A DNA stretch of 64,000 nt, taken from positions 48,298 to 112,297 of the forward strand of contig CAVPGW010000031.1 of the NCBI GenBank assembly GCA_963704055.1. Direction: 5' to 3'. Source of the stretch: Pirellulaceae bacterium (GTDB taxonomy: Bacteria; Planctomycetota; Planctomycetia; Pirellulales; Pirellulaceae). The notes below the pieces were generated by a model. The model saw nothing but the letters and a program-made list of their open reading frames with translations, was not told the DNA's origin and ran no database searches. The translations under genes and the position numbers were made by a program. Each line of letters begins with the position of its first letter. Position 1 is the stretch's first letter. Shown piece by piece: positions 40,759 through 50,081 of the stretch.

Positions 40759-41304
40759 TTACTGAACCGGCGCGGGCACGATTTCGCCCACTTGATGCGT
40801 GTCGTAGTAGACCGGAGCGGCGTCGCAAGGGGCAGCGGCACAACCCGAATCGCAGCAACCGCGGTTGCAGCCGGTTTTGCATGCTTTCTCTTCGACCGAC
40901 CAAGTGTATTCGCAAACCGGGCAGCCGTCTTTCTTGGAGCTCTTGAGCACCTTGATCTTGCGGGTCTTGGCACCGTTATTGACGCAGGCGTTGCAGCTAT
41001 TGCAGCCACGGCCGTCGCACGCGTCGCATGAGCCACAGTCTTTCTTCTTGCAGAAGGGAAAGCAGCTCTTCCCGGTTTGCCACGGAAAAACCACGCGCGG
41101 GATGCAGATGACCTTCTCTTCGACTTCGAAACACTTTTTTTCGACGTCGACTTGCTCGGCCTCCAGCTTGCAACAGTGACAGTCATCGGTGCAGCATTTG
41201 CAGCCCGTTTGACTGGCGGTTGCCGCGATGGGGCGGAAAGCACCACCGATCATGGTCATGGCGAGTGCCGCCAAGCAGACTCGTAAAACAGTTTTTGTTG
41301 ACAT
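40759..41304 (-). CDS. Secreted cysteine-rich hypothetical protein
   Basis: Signal peptide; about 25 Cys in 181 aa; VICIPRVVFPW and CPVCEYTW; GGAAGGA RBS. Confidence 0.75.
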   Translation of the reverse strand: MSTKTVLRVCLAALAMTMIGGAFRPIAATASQTGCKCCTDDCHCCKLEAEQVDVEKKCFEVEEKVICIPRVVFPWQTGKSCFPFCKKKDCGSCDACDGRGCNSCNACVNNGAKTRKIKVLKSSKKDGCPVCEYTWSVEEKACKTGCNRGCCDSGCAAAPCDAAPVYYDTHQVGEIVPAPVQ

Positions 41305-41441
41305 GGGATCCTTCCTGTAAATTCTCTTGCTGACCGCAGTCAGCTGTTCGGTTGTAAGTTGATAGGTGAAATTGGCTTCCTTGGACCAGGAGCCGACGAC
41401 GTGGCCGTCGACTCGTGGTCCGGTTTGCCTCTGGGGAAAAC

Positions 41442-42973
41442 TTAGAAATCGATCATGAAACGGGTGCCGAAGATGTTATAGGCACCGGTCTGAAGGTCGG
41501 GGGCCGCAACCGTGCCGACGTTGCGATCGGTGATCTTGCCATTGATGTAGTTGAACTGCATCCGGGCGTTCGGATTCCAGTACCAGTTCAGGCCGAAGGT
41601 GAAGGATTCGCCGTCGCCACCGAAGATGTCTTGATCGTTGTAGTCAGCGTTGGAGTAGCGAGCGGCAATTTGCCAGGCACCCCAACCGCCCTCGCGACAT
41701 CCGTCGCAGCGGTCAACAAGCCAGAAGTTCTGGAAGGGAACGGGACGAGCGAGCGTGCCCGATTTCCGGTCCCAAGGCATGTGTTCGCCGGTCAGGAAGT
41801 AGGAGACGTAGACGATACCCACCATTGAAGTTGGTCGTTGGCAATGCATCCCGGTCGACCCAGACGCTTTGATATTCGCCCACAACCTGGACAGCACCGA
41901 CGTTGACCACGCCTTCGAGGCCGACCAGGTCCTGGTAGTCAGCGTTGGCGATCCTTCCGGTATTGATCCAGCGATTGCTCGATCGGGCTTCCGGACGGGT
42001 GCGGTAGCGCGCCTCGTTACCAAACTCCGCGTTGGGATCGGCATCTCCATGGCTGCCGGAGATCGCCCAGTGAGCGTAGCCGCGACCACCGCTGATGTCG
42101 TCGTACCAGATGCGTGTTGGCCAAACGACCAGTGATTTCAAGCTGCAGGTGGTCGTCGACGTAATTGCCTAAACCCTGAATATTGCGTTGGTTGAAGACA
42201 CCGTAACGCCAGTTCCAACGCTCGTTTTCCGAGTAGCCGTACGAACACAGACCGAAGCGACGGGCGTCTTGATTGTTAGCCTCGATCACAAACGGACGCT
42301 CGAGGAATACGTTGTATCGTGAACTGTTGAGGTGATCCAAGCCATAGGGTCGCTTTTGGTTACCCAACAGCAGCGTCCGCAGGAACGGCAGGTCGGTCCA
42401 ACCGAGATAGACATCGCGGAATTCACTCGCCTCACCACCGGCGAACTCCATCTCGATCTTGTACTCCATGTTGTCTTTGACTTTGCCCTTGACGCCGAAA
42501 CGCACGCGTCGAAAGCCAAGCCGGTTTTGCGGTTCCAGACCCTCGTTCATTGCGGTGATGGCCGCCTCGTCACCGTCCGCGATGTCGAATCCCCAGAAGT
42601 CAGCGTGCACACGACCGCTGACCACCATGGTCGACTTGCTCGACCCGCTCTTGACGATCTGACTGTTGCCGGCGACTTCCGCCACCTCGTCGATCGATTC
42701 TTCCAGACTGGCGAATTGCTCGTCAATCGCGGCGAACCGCTCTTCCAACGATTTCTCATCGTCGTCGTCATCGCCTTCTTCTTCCTTCTCTTCGTCCGCG
42801 AACATCGCCTTGTACGCGACCGATTGCACCGAGGAGGCCTCGCTAATCTGAATCGCCGCGAAGAGTGGCGAATCTTCAGCCGCGGAGCTGTTGAAGGACG
42901 TGGAAATGGCCGTGACGGAGATACCGAGCGCGACCAGCAAGGCGCATCGCGCCTTCCCGTATATCGATTTCAT
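41442..42973 (-). CDS. OprO/OprP-family phosphate-selective porin; frameshifts near 42115 and 41820
   Basis: FRRVRFGVKG, YSSRY-type NSSRYNVFLER, RYRTRPE, SYFLTGEH, GAWQIAARYS and TFGLNWYWNPN; C-terminal F. Confidence 0.88.
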
Positions 42974-43268
42974 GATAGAAACCATCCGTGGTTCTGGGGA
43001 TTGAATGTCGCGCTAGTGGCGTTTGCGCCGATGTCGACAACCTGCGGGCTTCCACAAAAATGTCAGGCCTCCTGCCCGTGCAAGAAGCAATCTTCTTGAC
43101 ACCGAGCCCGCGGGTATAATCAAGCTTCGTCAGGCTGCTGCCGCGACAATATTAAGATTGAGGTGCCGCGGGTAACACTCGTGACTCAAGAGGGAGACTG
43201 CCGCTTGTATCGATTGTCGCGGCCGACTGCCTGCCCATCGACTCGGCGCAGTCGTTGTGGTTCGCCGC

Positions 43269-43333
43269 GGGTGGCTGGTGGTCGAGCGTCAGCGAGCCCC
43301 CAGGTGCAAGCCAAAGGAATTCCGCGGACGCTC
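43269..43333. repeat. Family B repeat, truncated
   Basis: The left arm is identical to that at 19033; the right arm is largely deleted. Confidence 0.75.
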
Positions 43334-44499
43334 AATCAGGCTCGCCCAAGAAGGATTCATTTTACGCCGGCGGCCCGCTTGGTTGAATGTGCGTCTTGGC
43401 ATGTCGATGACACGACGGATCGAGCATTCGCATCGATTTGCGACAGATAACTCGATCGCCTCGAGTGACTCGACGGCGCGGCTTGCCACACGCGGCGCCA
43501 AACGAATGTATCCGAGCGGTTCATTGTATTGCTGACCATCGGTCAGACACCAACGAACGAATTCCTTTAAGCTCTTCGCTTTTTCCGGGGAATCATAGTG
43601 CCGATACAGCATCAGCCAGGTGTAGGTCACGATCGGATAAGAATCCTCGCCGGCCGGGTCCGGAAAGAAGGCGCGAAGGTTATCGGGCAGTACCGCTTCT
43701 GAGAGCGTCGCCAAACCGGAATCACCCGTCGGCTTGACGAACTTTCCCGCTTTGTTCTCCAGCCATGCCATCTTCAAGTTGGCCCGTGTGGCCACGCCAT
43801 ACTCCACGTAACCGATCACGCCGGGATATCGCATGACCGATGCGGCCACGCCCTCATTTCCAGGGGCCTTCATCGCCGAACCGGGCCAATCAATGACCTT
43901 GCCGGTTCCCGGACCACGATCGCGCCACTCGTCGCTGATGGCGCTTAAGTGATTGGTAAAAGCATACGTTGTCCCACTGCTATCTTGTCGTGCGCCGATG
44001 TTGATCGACAAAGAGGGAAGCTTGATCCCGGGGTTATCAGCCCGGATTTTCGGGTCATCCCACCGCGTGATCTTACCCAGAAAAATATCGACGTAGGTCG
44101 ATCGACTCAACTTCAGATCTTCATCGACGTCGGGCAAGTTGTAGGCCAGAACAATACTGCCGGCCGCCGTCGGTATCAGCTGCACGCCAGCTTCGACTCG
44201 GGCAATTTCCCCGTCGGACATCGCAGCATCGCTGGCGCCGAAATCGACGGAGCCGTTGACAAACCGCCGCACGCCTTCGCCGCTACCGACCGCTTCGTAA
44301 GCCAATCTCACCTCGGGCCGGACGTTACGGTATTCCTCCAGCCATTTCTTATACAACGGAGCGGGGAAAGTCGCGCGGCGCCGCGGATCTGCGCCTCGCC
44401 GGCCGCGGCGGTCGGCAGGGCCTCGCTCGTGCTGCACGAACAGTTGGTGCAGCACAGCGCGACGATGACGGTCAAGCTGACAAGATCGCGGAGTGTCAT
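43289..44499 (-). CDS. pstS: Second phosphate-binding protein PstS; frameshift near 44390; true C-terminus uncertain
   Basis: Lipoprotein-like MTLRDLVSLTVIVALCCTNCSC; ATFPAPLY, GSGEG, DFGASD, RQDSSGTT and YPIVTYTW. Confidence 0.85.
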
Positions 44500-44560
44500 G
44501 TGGTTTTCCCGCCAAGTGTGTGCCACGTCTTCGGCTCGCGGCAAAGGTGACGATGGTCGA

Positions 44561-45391
44561 CTAGCTAAACTCACCGCGGATGTACTGTTTCGTGAATTCC
44601 TCTTGTGGATCATCGAACAGCTGCTTCGTGTCCTCGTATTCGACCAGATATCCCGTGCGGGCGCCGCCGGTGGTATCGACGTACATGAACGCGGTTTTGT
44701 CCGCGACCCGTTGGGCTTGCTGGAGATTGTGGGTCACGACAGCGATCGTGTACTTCTGCTTCAACTCCGTCATCAACTCTTCGATGCGTCGTGTCGCGAT
44801 CGGGTCCAGAGCCGAACAAGGTTCGTCCATCAATAGCACCGACGGTTCGGTGGCAATCGCTCTGGCGATGCACAATCGCTGCTGTTGGCCGCCGGAAAGT
44901 GACAGCCCGCTGGCCTTGAGTTTGTCTTTGACTTCGTCCCACAAGGCCGCGCCGCGGAGCGCGTTCTCGACCCGTTCGGGTACATCCGCCTTGACGCGGT
45001 TGAGCCGCAGACCGAAGGCAACGTTGTTATAGATGCTCATGGCGAACGGATTGGGCTGCTGGAACACCATGCCGATGTAGCGGCGAACGGCAACGGGATC
45101 GACCGTGCGGTGGTAGATATCTTTGCCGCGGAAGTGCACATGCCCTTCAAAACGAAAGCCGCGAACCAGGTCGTTCATGCGATTGAGGCAGCGGAGTGCC
45201 GTGCTCTTGCCGCAACCCGAAGGTCCGATGAACGCCGTGATCTTGCCGTGCTCGACGGGAATGTGGCTGTCGCGTACTGCGCGAAACTTGCCGTAATAAA
45301 GATTGTCGATCTTGCAATCGATGACGACACTCTTGCCGTTTTTCTGCTTTGCAGCGCCGTCCCTAACGTCAATCGTGTTGGAAATTACCAT
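44561..45391 (-). CDS. pstB: Phosphate ABC transporter ATPase
   Basis: [29 protein letters not shown] and DEPCSALDP. Confidence 0.95.
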   Translation of the reverse strand: MVISNTIDVRDGAAKQKNGKSVVIDCKIDNLYYGKFRAVRDSHIPVEHGKITAFIGPSGCGKSTALRCLNRMNDLVRGFRFEGHVHFRGKDIYHRTVDPVAVRRYIGMVFQQPNPFAMSIYNNVAFGLRLNRVKADVPERVENALRGAALWDEVKDKLKASGLSLSGGQQQRLCIARAIATEPSVLLMDEPCSALDPIATRRIEELMTELKQKYTIAVVTHNLQQAQRVADKTAFMYVDTTGGARTGYLVEYEDTKQLFDDPQEEFTKQYIRGEFS

Positions 45392-45400
45392 AGCACCGTG

Positions 45401-46318
45401 TTAACTCTTGACTTTCTTTCTTGATAACAACTGACCGCTGATGTTGACGATCAACACCAGCAACACCAAAACCAATGCGGCCGCCCAAGCCAGTTCGATC
45501 TGGCTCTCGTACGGGACGCTGGAGAAATTGAAGATCAGCACGGCCAAGGAAGCCGTTGGCTCCATCAACGCCAATTTGCCGTCCTGGACGATCCAGTAGC
45601 TGCTGTTGAGAGCTGTGAATAACAGCGGAGCCGTTTCTCCCGAAGCGCGAGCCACCGCCAGCATCACGCCGGTCAACATGCCGGGCAAAGCGGTCGGCAG
45701 CACGACTTTCCAAACCACCTGCGTCTGCGTCGCGCCCATGCCAACCGCAGCCTCTTTCATCTTGTGCGGTACCATCTTGATCGACTCTTCGGCGGTCAGC
45801 ATCACAATCGGCAACATCAAAATCGAAAGCGCGATTCCGCCTGCGGGAGCCGAGTAAGAACCGGTCACCAACACCACCGCTGCATAGGCAAAGACGCCGG
45901 CCAGAATCGACGGAAAACCGGTCAACAACTTGGCACAAAAGCGGACGGTCGAGGCGGTCTTGCTCTGCGGACCGAATTCCGCCAGAAAGACGGCGGCCAT
46001 GATTCCGAACGGAACGCTGATCAAGGCGGCAATCCCAACCATCGTCAGCGTGCCCACAATCGCGTTGCCGAATCCTCCGCCGCTCTCGAAAGCCGAAGGA
46101 GGTGTCTCGGTGAATAAGCTGAGGCTCAATCGCTTACCACCCCGATAAGCCAGCATGAACAGAACCGAAAATAAAGGAATGCAAGCGATGACCGTCACCA
46201 CACCAGTCAGCACGCTCAAGAACGCACTGAAGAAAGTCCGCGGATGACGCAGCGATTTTTCCAACTCCGGAAAATCAACGCCCTCAAAGGCTTGCGTGAG
46301 TTCGACCTCGTCGCTCAT
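45401..46318 (-). CDS. pstA: Phosphate ABC transporter permease
   Basis: GNAIVGTL, GFPSILAG and ARASGETAPL. Confidence 0.93.
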   Translation of the reverse strand: MSDEVELTQAFEGVDFPELEKSLRHPRTFFSAFLSVLTGVVTVIACIPLFSVLFMLAYRGGKRLSLSLFTETPPSAFESGGGFGNAIVGTLTMVGIAALISVPFGIMAAVFLAEFGPQSKTASTVRFCAKLLTGFPSILAGVFAYAAVVLVTGSYSAPAGGIALSILMLPIVMLTAEESIKMVPHKMKEAAVGMGATQTQVVWKVVLPTALPGMLTGVMLAVARASGETAPLLFTALNSSYWIVQDGKLALMEPTASLAVLIFNFSSVPYESQIELAWAAALVLVLLVLIVNISGQLLSRKKVKS

Positions 46319-47292
46319 TTGGCCTCTCCCGATACGCGGCGTGCGGCCCGGTTCATGATGGTGGTGCCGACGAGATTGACCAACAGCGTGATTGCCATCA
46401 GGATCAGAGCGGCGTACATCAAAACGCCTTCCTCTTTCTGACCCGCCTCGGGAAAGTTGTTTGCCAACAGAGCCGCTAACGTGTTGGCGGGAGAAAACAA
46501 AGAGACGCTAACCTGGTTGGAATTGCCGACCAGCATGGCCAGCGCCATGGTCTCGCCAAGCGCCCGTCCAAAGCCCAACACGAGCGCTCCGAAGACTCCG
46601 GTTGCCGATGTCGGCAGAATCACGCCCAAGATCGTTTCCCAACGCGTGGCACCGAGCCCGAAAGCCGCCTCTTTCAGCTTGTGGGGTACCGAACTGAGTG
46701 CGTCCCGCGAGACGGCTGAGATCGTTGGTAAGACCATGATCGACAGCACCAACGCAGCCGGCAACATCCCCGGTCCGCTCAGCGATGTCCCGAACAAGGG
46801 AATCCAACCCAGATGCTCGTGGATCCAGATGCAGGGCGGGCGAATCGCCGGAATCACCACATAGATCCCCCACAGCCCATACACCACACTGGGAATCGCC
46901 GCGAGCAGTTCGACAATGTTCTTGAAGACCACTTCCAACCTGGGTGGCAAGAAATCCTGTGTCAAAAAGATCGCGATCGAAACGCCGAAGAATCCCGCGA
47001 TGATCAAGGCCAGGATCGAGCTGTACAGCGTTCCCCAGATCTCCGGAAAGACACCGAACTCGCCCTTGTTCGCGTCCCAAGTGGTTCCCGTGATGAAACC
47101 GACACCATATTCCTGGACCGCCGGGACTGCTTTGCCGCCGATCTCGTACAGGATGTACAAGACCAGCAGAATCGTCAGCCAGGAAAAGAGATAAGTCAGC
47201 CCTCGAAACGCACGGTCCCAGGTAATGTCGAAGCTCGACGGTGGTGACGCTACCGAATCCACCGGTGCTTCACCTTCCAACACGGCAGCCAT
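46315..47292 (-). CDS. pstC: Phosphate ABC transporter permease
   Basis: ELLAAIPSVVYGLWG and GRALGETMA. Confidence 0.94.
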   Translation of the reverse strand: MAAVLEGEAPVDSVASPPSSFDITWDRAFRGLTYLFSWLTILLVLYILYEIGGKAVPAVQEYGVGFITGTTWDANKGEFGVFPEIWGTLYSSILALIIAGFFGVSIAIFLTQDFLPPRLEVVFKNIVELLAAIPSVVYGLWGIYVVIPAIRPPCIWIHEHLGWIPLFGTSLSGPGMLPAALVLSIMVLPTISAVSRDALSSVPHKLKEAAFGLGATRWETILGVILPTSATGVFGALVLGFGRALGETMALAMLVGNSNQVSVSLFSPANTLAALLANNFPEAGQKEEGVLMYAALILMAITLLVNLVGTTIMNRAARRVSGEAK

Positions 47293-47356
47293 CTGAAACC
47301 TAACCTCGGGCGTGACCTGGTGAAGTGCTCGGGTGAGCCTTTCGTGGTGCGTGCGT

Positions 47357-48424
47357 TTACTTAATGTTGTCCAACGCTGCTGTTACTTTCGCGACCACGC
47401 TCTCAGGAAGCGGCACGTATCCCATCTCATCGCTCATCTTTTGACCGTCGGTCAAGCAGTACTTGACCACGTTCTTGAGCGTCTCGGCTTTCTGCGGGTC
47501 GTCGTACTGCTTGTAGCAAAGCAGCCAAGTGTAGGTGACGATCGGATACGCATCCTCACCTTCAGGGTCAGGCAACCAGGCTCGCAAATCCTCCGGCATT
47601 TCGACGTTTGCCAATGCAGCCTGGCCACTTTCCAACGAAGGTTTGATAAACTTGCCCGACTTGTTTTCCAAACTGGCCATCGGCAGATTCGTTAACTTGG
47701 CATAACCGTATTCGATGTAGCCGATGGCACCCGGTGTTTGCTTGATGGTCGCGGTCACGCCGTCATTCTTCGGTGCGGCAATGAACTTGTCGCTGTCCGG
47801 CCAGACGACCGTCTTGCCCGTGCCGGGACCATTTTTCCAGTCGTCGCTGATTGCACTCAGATGCTGCGTGAACACGAACGTCGTCCCGCTGCTGTCGGCT
47901 CGGCGCGCGACGGTAATGTCCAGATCGGGGAGCGAAACGCCCTCGTTCGCCTTCGCGATCAGGGGGTCATTCCACTTGGTGATTTTGCCGAGCAGGATGC
48001 CAACATATGCGTCTCTGGTGAGCTTCAGGTCCTCGACGCCTTCAAGGTTATAAGCGAACACCACTTCGCCGGCGGTCATCGGCAACAATTGAACACCCTT
48101 GGCGACTTCAGCCATCTCTTCGTCCTTCATGGCCGCGTCGCTGGCGCCAAAATCGGTCGTGCCATTGATGAAGTCTTTAATCCCGGCGCCACTTCCTTTG
48201 GCTTGGTAATCGATCTTCACGCCATCATGACTCTTGCTGTATTCCTTGAACCAGCGATCATACAGCGGGTAGGGAAAACTGGCGCCAGAGCCGGTCAATT
48301 TGACGTTTCCACCGTTCTCTCCGCCCGGCTCACCCGAAACGCTGGTTCGGCTGGACTCCGAGGTGCATCCGACGACCAGAGCCGTCAAACATGCGAGAAA
48401 AAGGGACGACGTGGGCTTTGACAT
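47357..48424 (-). CDS. pstS: Phosphate ABC transporter substrate-binding lipoprotein
   Basis: Lipobox LVVGC; GSGASFPYPLY, GSGAG, DFGASD and RADSSGTT. Confidence 0.95.
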   Translation of the reverse strand: MSKPTSSLFLACLTALVVGCTSESSRTSVSGEPGGENGGNVKLTGSGASFPYPLYDRWFKEYSKSHDGVKIDYQAKGSGAGIKDFINGTTDFGASDAAMKDEEMAEVAKGVQLLPMTAGEVVFAYNLEGVEDLKLTRDAYVGILLGKITKWNDPLIAKANEGVSLPDLDITVARRADSSGTTFVFTQHLSAISDDWKNGPGTGKTVVWPDSDKFIAAPKNDGVTATIKQTPGAIGYIEYGYAKLTNLPMASLENKSGKFIKPSLESGQAALANVEMPEDLRAWLPDPEGEDAYPIVTYTWLLCYKQYDDPQKAETLKNVVKYCLTDGQKMSDEMGYVPLPESVVAKVTAALDNIK

Positions 48425-48526
48425 GGTGGTTCGCTCCGCAATGGCCTAACGACATTGGACTTCGAAGCGGTGATTATGGTCTTCGGCACGTGGCAGCGGC
48501 AATTGGCTAGCCCATCGAATCACCCG

Positions 48527-48555
48527 TATCCACTGAATCTTCACGCCCTCTTCAC
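48527..48555. promoter_or_regulatory. Pho-box-like direct repeats with 11-bp period
   Basis: TATCCAC (48527), TCTTCAC (48538) and TCTTCAC (48549), about 100-130 bp upstream of pstS. Confidence 0.45.
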
Positions 48556-48636
48556 AAACTTGGTCTCCCACTTGCTGAGACAAAACGTTTGGGCAAACGG
48601 TGAGGCCGTCCAGGGATGAAGTCTGGACTCGTTCGC

Positions 48637-48951
48637 TCAGACTTGGCCTGCCTGGTCGAGGTCCTGGAGCTCAGCGAATCGCGCATGGTATCGAATTCTT
48701 TGCCACAGCGTGGGGTGTCGCAGATTCGGATCGCTCGAGTCAATGACGTGAGTTTTTCCGCGACGCGTTTCCAGCAACAACTGACCGCTGGGCCGCACTT
48801 GCCGAATGATCCAGAACTTCTCGACGAAGTAATAGTAGTCATCGCCTTTCGCGGAGGCTCGAATTCCCTGTGCCCGCTGACCGGGATGCGTCGTCCGCTT
48901 CGATTTGCGATAGATCACTCGATCGCCTACCTTGAATTGCCGAGGCTTCAT
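48637..48951 (-). CDS. Small basic hypothetical protein (SH3/KOW-like N-terminus)
   Basis: MKPRQFKVGDRVIYRKSK...GDDYYYFVEKFWII...TRRGKTH...DPNLR; GGAGGA RBS. Confidence 0.7.
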   Translation of the reverse strand: MKPRQFKVGDRVIYRKSKRTTHPGQRAQGIRASAKGDDYYYFVEKFWIIRQVRPSGQLLLETRRGKTHVIDSSDPNLRHPTLWQRIRYHARFAELQDLDQAGQV

Positions 48952-49011
48952 CACAGAATCCTCCGTGCCGGTGAATGCGATTGACATCGTGCGGGAAGGT
49001 GCCGTCCAAGA

Positions 49012-49132
49012 TAATACCGTTCGTATGCATGCATCGATCCAGCGAGATTGTTTAACGGCAAGCCGCAGGCGACTGTGAAGGGCGAACGCAGTCGCCTGCG
49101 GCTTGCCGTTAAACAAAATATGAACGGTATTG
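49012..49132. mobile_element. Family A MITE copy
   Basis: TAATACCGTTC ... GAACGGTATTG; 121 bp; flanks CCGTCCAAGA and CCGTTAAAGG match at 7 of 10. Confidence 0.72.
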
Positions 49133-49312
49133 CCGTTAAAGGAGGAAGAGAACAGTCTTTACTGAAATTCCGGCCGCCTTCGACAAGAGAAGATCGACGG
49201 AAGGGAAGAGAGGGTTGCCGAAAAATCGATGTTCCGGCAACCCCATCTCTCAGCGGAGCCTGTCACGTACGACAGAATCCCTCAGCGGAGTCTGTCGGGA
49301 ACGAGGGACAGA

Positions 49313-49447
49313 CTACTTCTTGCCTTTTTTGCCCTTCCCTTTCTTGCCCTTGCCCTTCTTCCCTTTCTTGCCTTTGATGTTCTTGCCTTTGCCTTTGCCT
49401 TTCTTGCCCTTCTTCCCTTTGCCTTTCTTGCCTTTGTTTTTGGCCAC
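49313..49447 (-). CDS. Lys/Gly-rich basic microprotein (44 aa), absent from the ORF track
   Basis: GTG start with GGAG RBS; MAKNKGKKGKGKKGKKGKGKGKNIKGKKGKKGKGKKGKGKKGKK*; mixed synonymous codons; downstream hairpin at 49270-49297. Confidence 0.75.
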   Translation of the reverse strand: MAKNKGKKGKGKKGKKGKGKGKNIKGKKGKKGKGKKGKGKKGKK

Positions 49448-49579
49448 GATCTCATCTCCAAAAAGAGTCTGCCGCGAGCTTCTGCTCACGGACTCGGTAA
49501 CATCAGCGAGAACGCCTCGCCGATATATCCATCAAGTCACACTGTCACCGATTCAATGGATCGGTCACAAATCAGCGGA

Positions 49580-49765
49580 TTACGCATTCTTGTCGAGCTG
49601 CCGGTGCGCCTCGTGAACCAGCGCCCGCCTGGCCCAGTTGCTCAGTGAACGATCATCCTTGCGGCTCGCCAGTTCCAGCAGAGCATATTCCTTTTCCGTC
49701 ACGCGCAAGTTGATTCTTTCGGTCAGTTTCTTGACATCCTTCGACTTTGGTTTTCGTTTTGCCAT
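49580..49765 (-). CDS. Ribbon-helix-helix DNA-binding protein (DUF1778/MobC-like)
   Basis: MAKRKPKSKDVKKLTERINLRVTEKEYALLELASRKDDRSLSNWARRAL: a beta-strand INLRV followed by two helices. Confidence 0.75.
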   Translation of the reverse strand: MAKRKPKSKDVKKLTERINLRVTEKEYALLELASRKDDRSLSNWARRALVHEAHRQLDKNA

Positions 49766-49793
49766 GTTGGTGCTCAGCGAGTTGTTGCCCAGA

Positions 49794-49822
49794 ATCATAC
49801 GCTGTATGACAAAAGGTGTCAA
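49794..49822 (-). promoter_or_regulatory. Near-consensus sigma-70 promoter with overlapping palindromes
   Basis: The minus strand reads TTGACA-N17-TATGAT; inverted repeats TCATAC-N3-GTATGA and TGACA-N5-TGTCA overlap it. Confidence 0.75.
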
Positions 49823-49847
49823 TGACGGCCAATGTCATCTGATCTGG

Positions 49848-50062
49848 GGGCGTGCAGCTTTCCGTAGCCCTCACGCTCCGTCGTGACAAAAGCCCGACGA
49901 GGTGTGGTGTTTCCGCGAAATCCGGATCGAAGGAGTCGCATTCCATCGAGGGCACAAGCTGCGATTGACGTTCCGAACACTAGAAAATCGTTCGGTCGGG
50001 CTACATCACGACGGAGCGTGATGGCTACTTTCAAAAATTCGCGGAACGTAAGCTGCACGGAC
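49848..50062. mobile_element. Family C MITE, inverted second copy
   Basis: Reverse-complement similarity to 11639-11852 along its length; ends and TSD are degenerate. Confidence 0.78.
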
Positions 50063-50081
50063 TCTTTGCGTTGGAGAGGAG

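Noticed and set aside
49215-49648. Plus-strand Phe/Leu/Pro-rich ORFs resembling membrane peptides
   Set aside because: They are antisense shadows of the Lys/Gly gene, which has the RBS and coherent start and stop.
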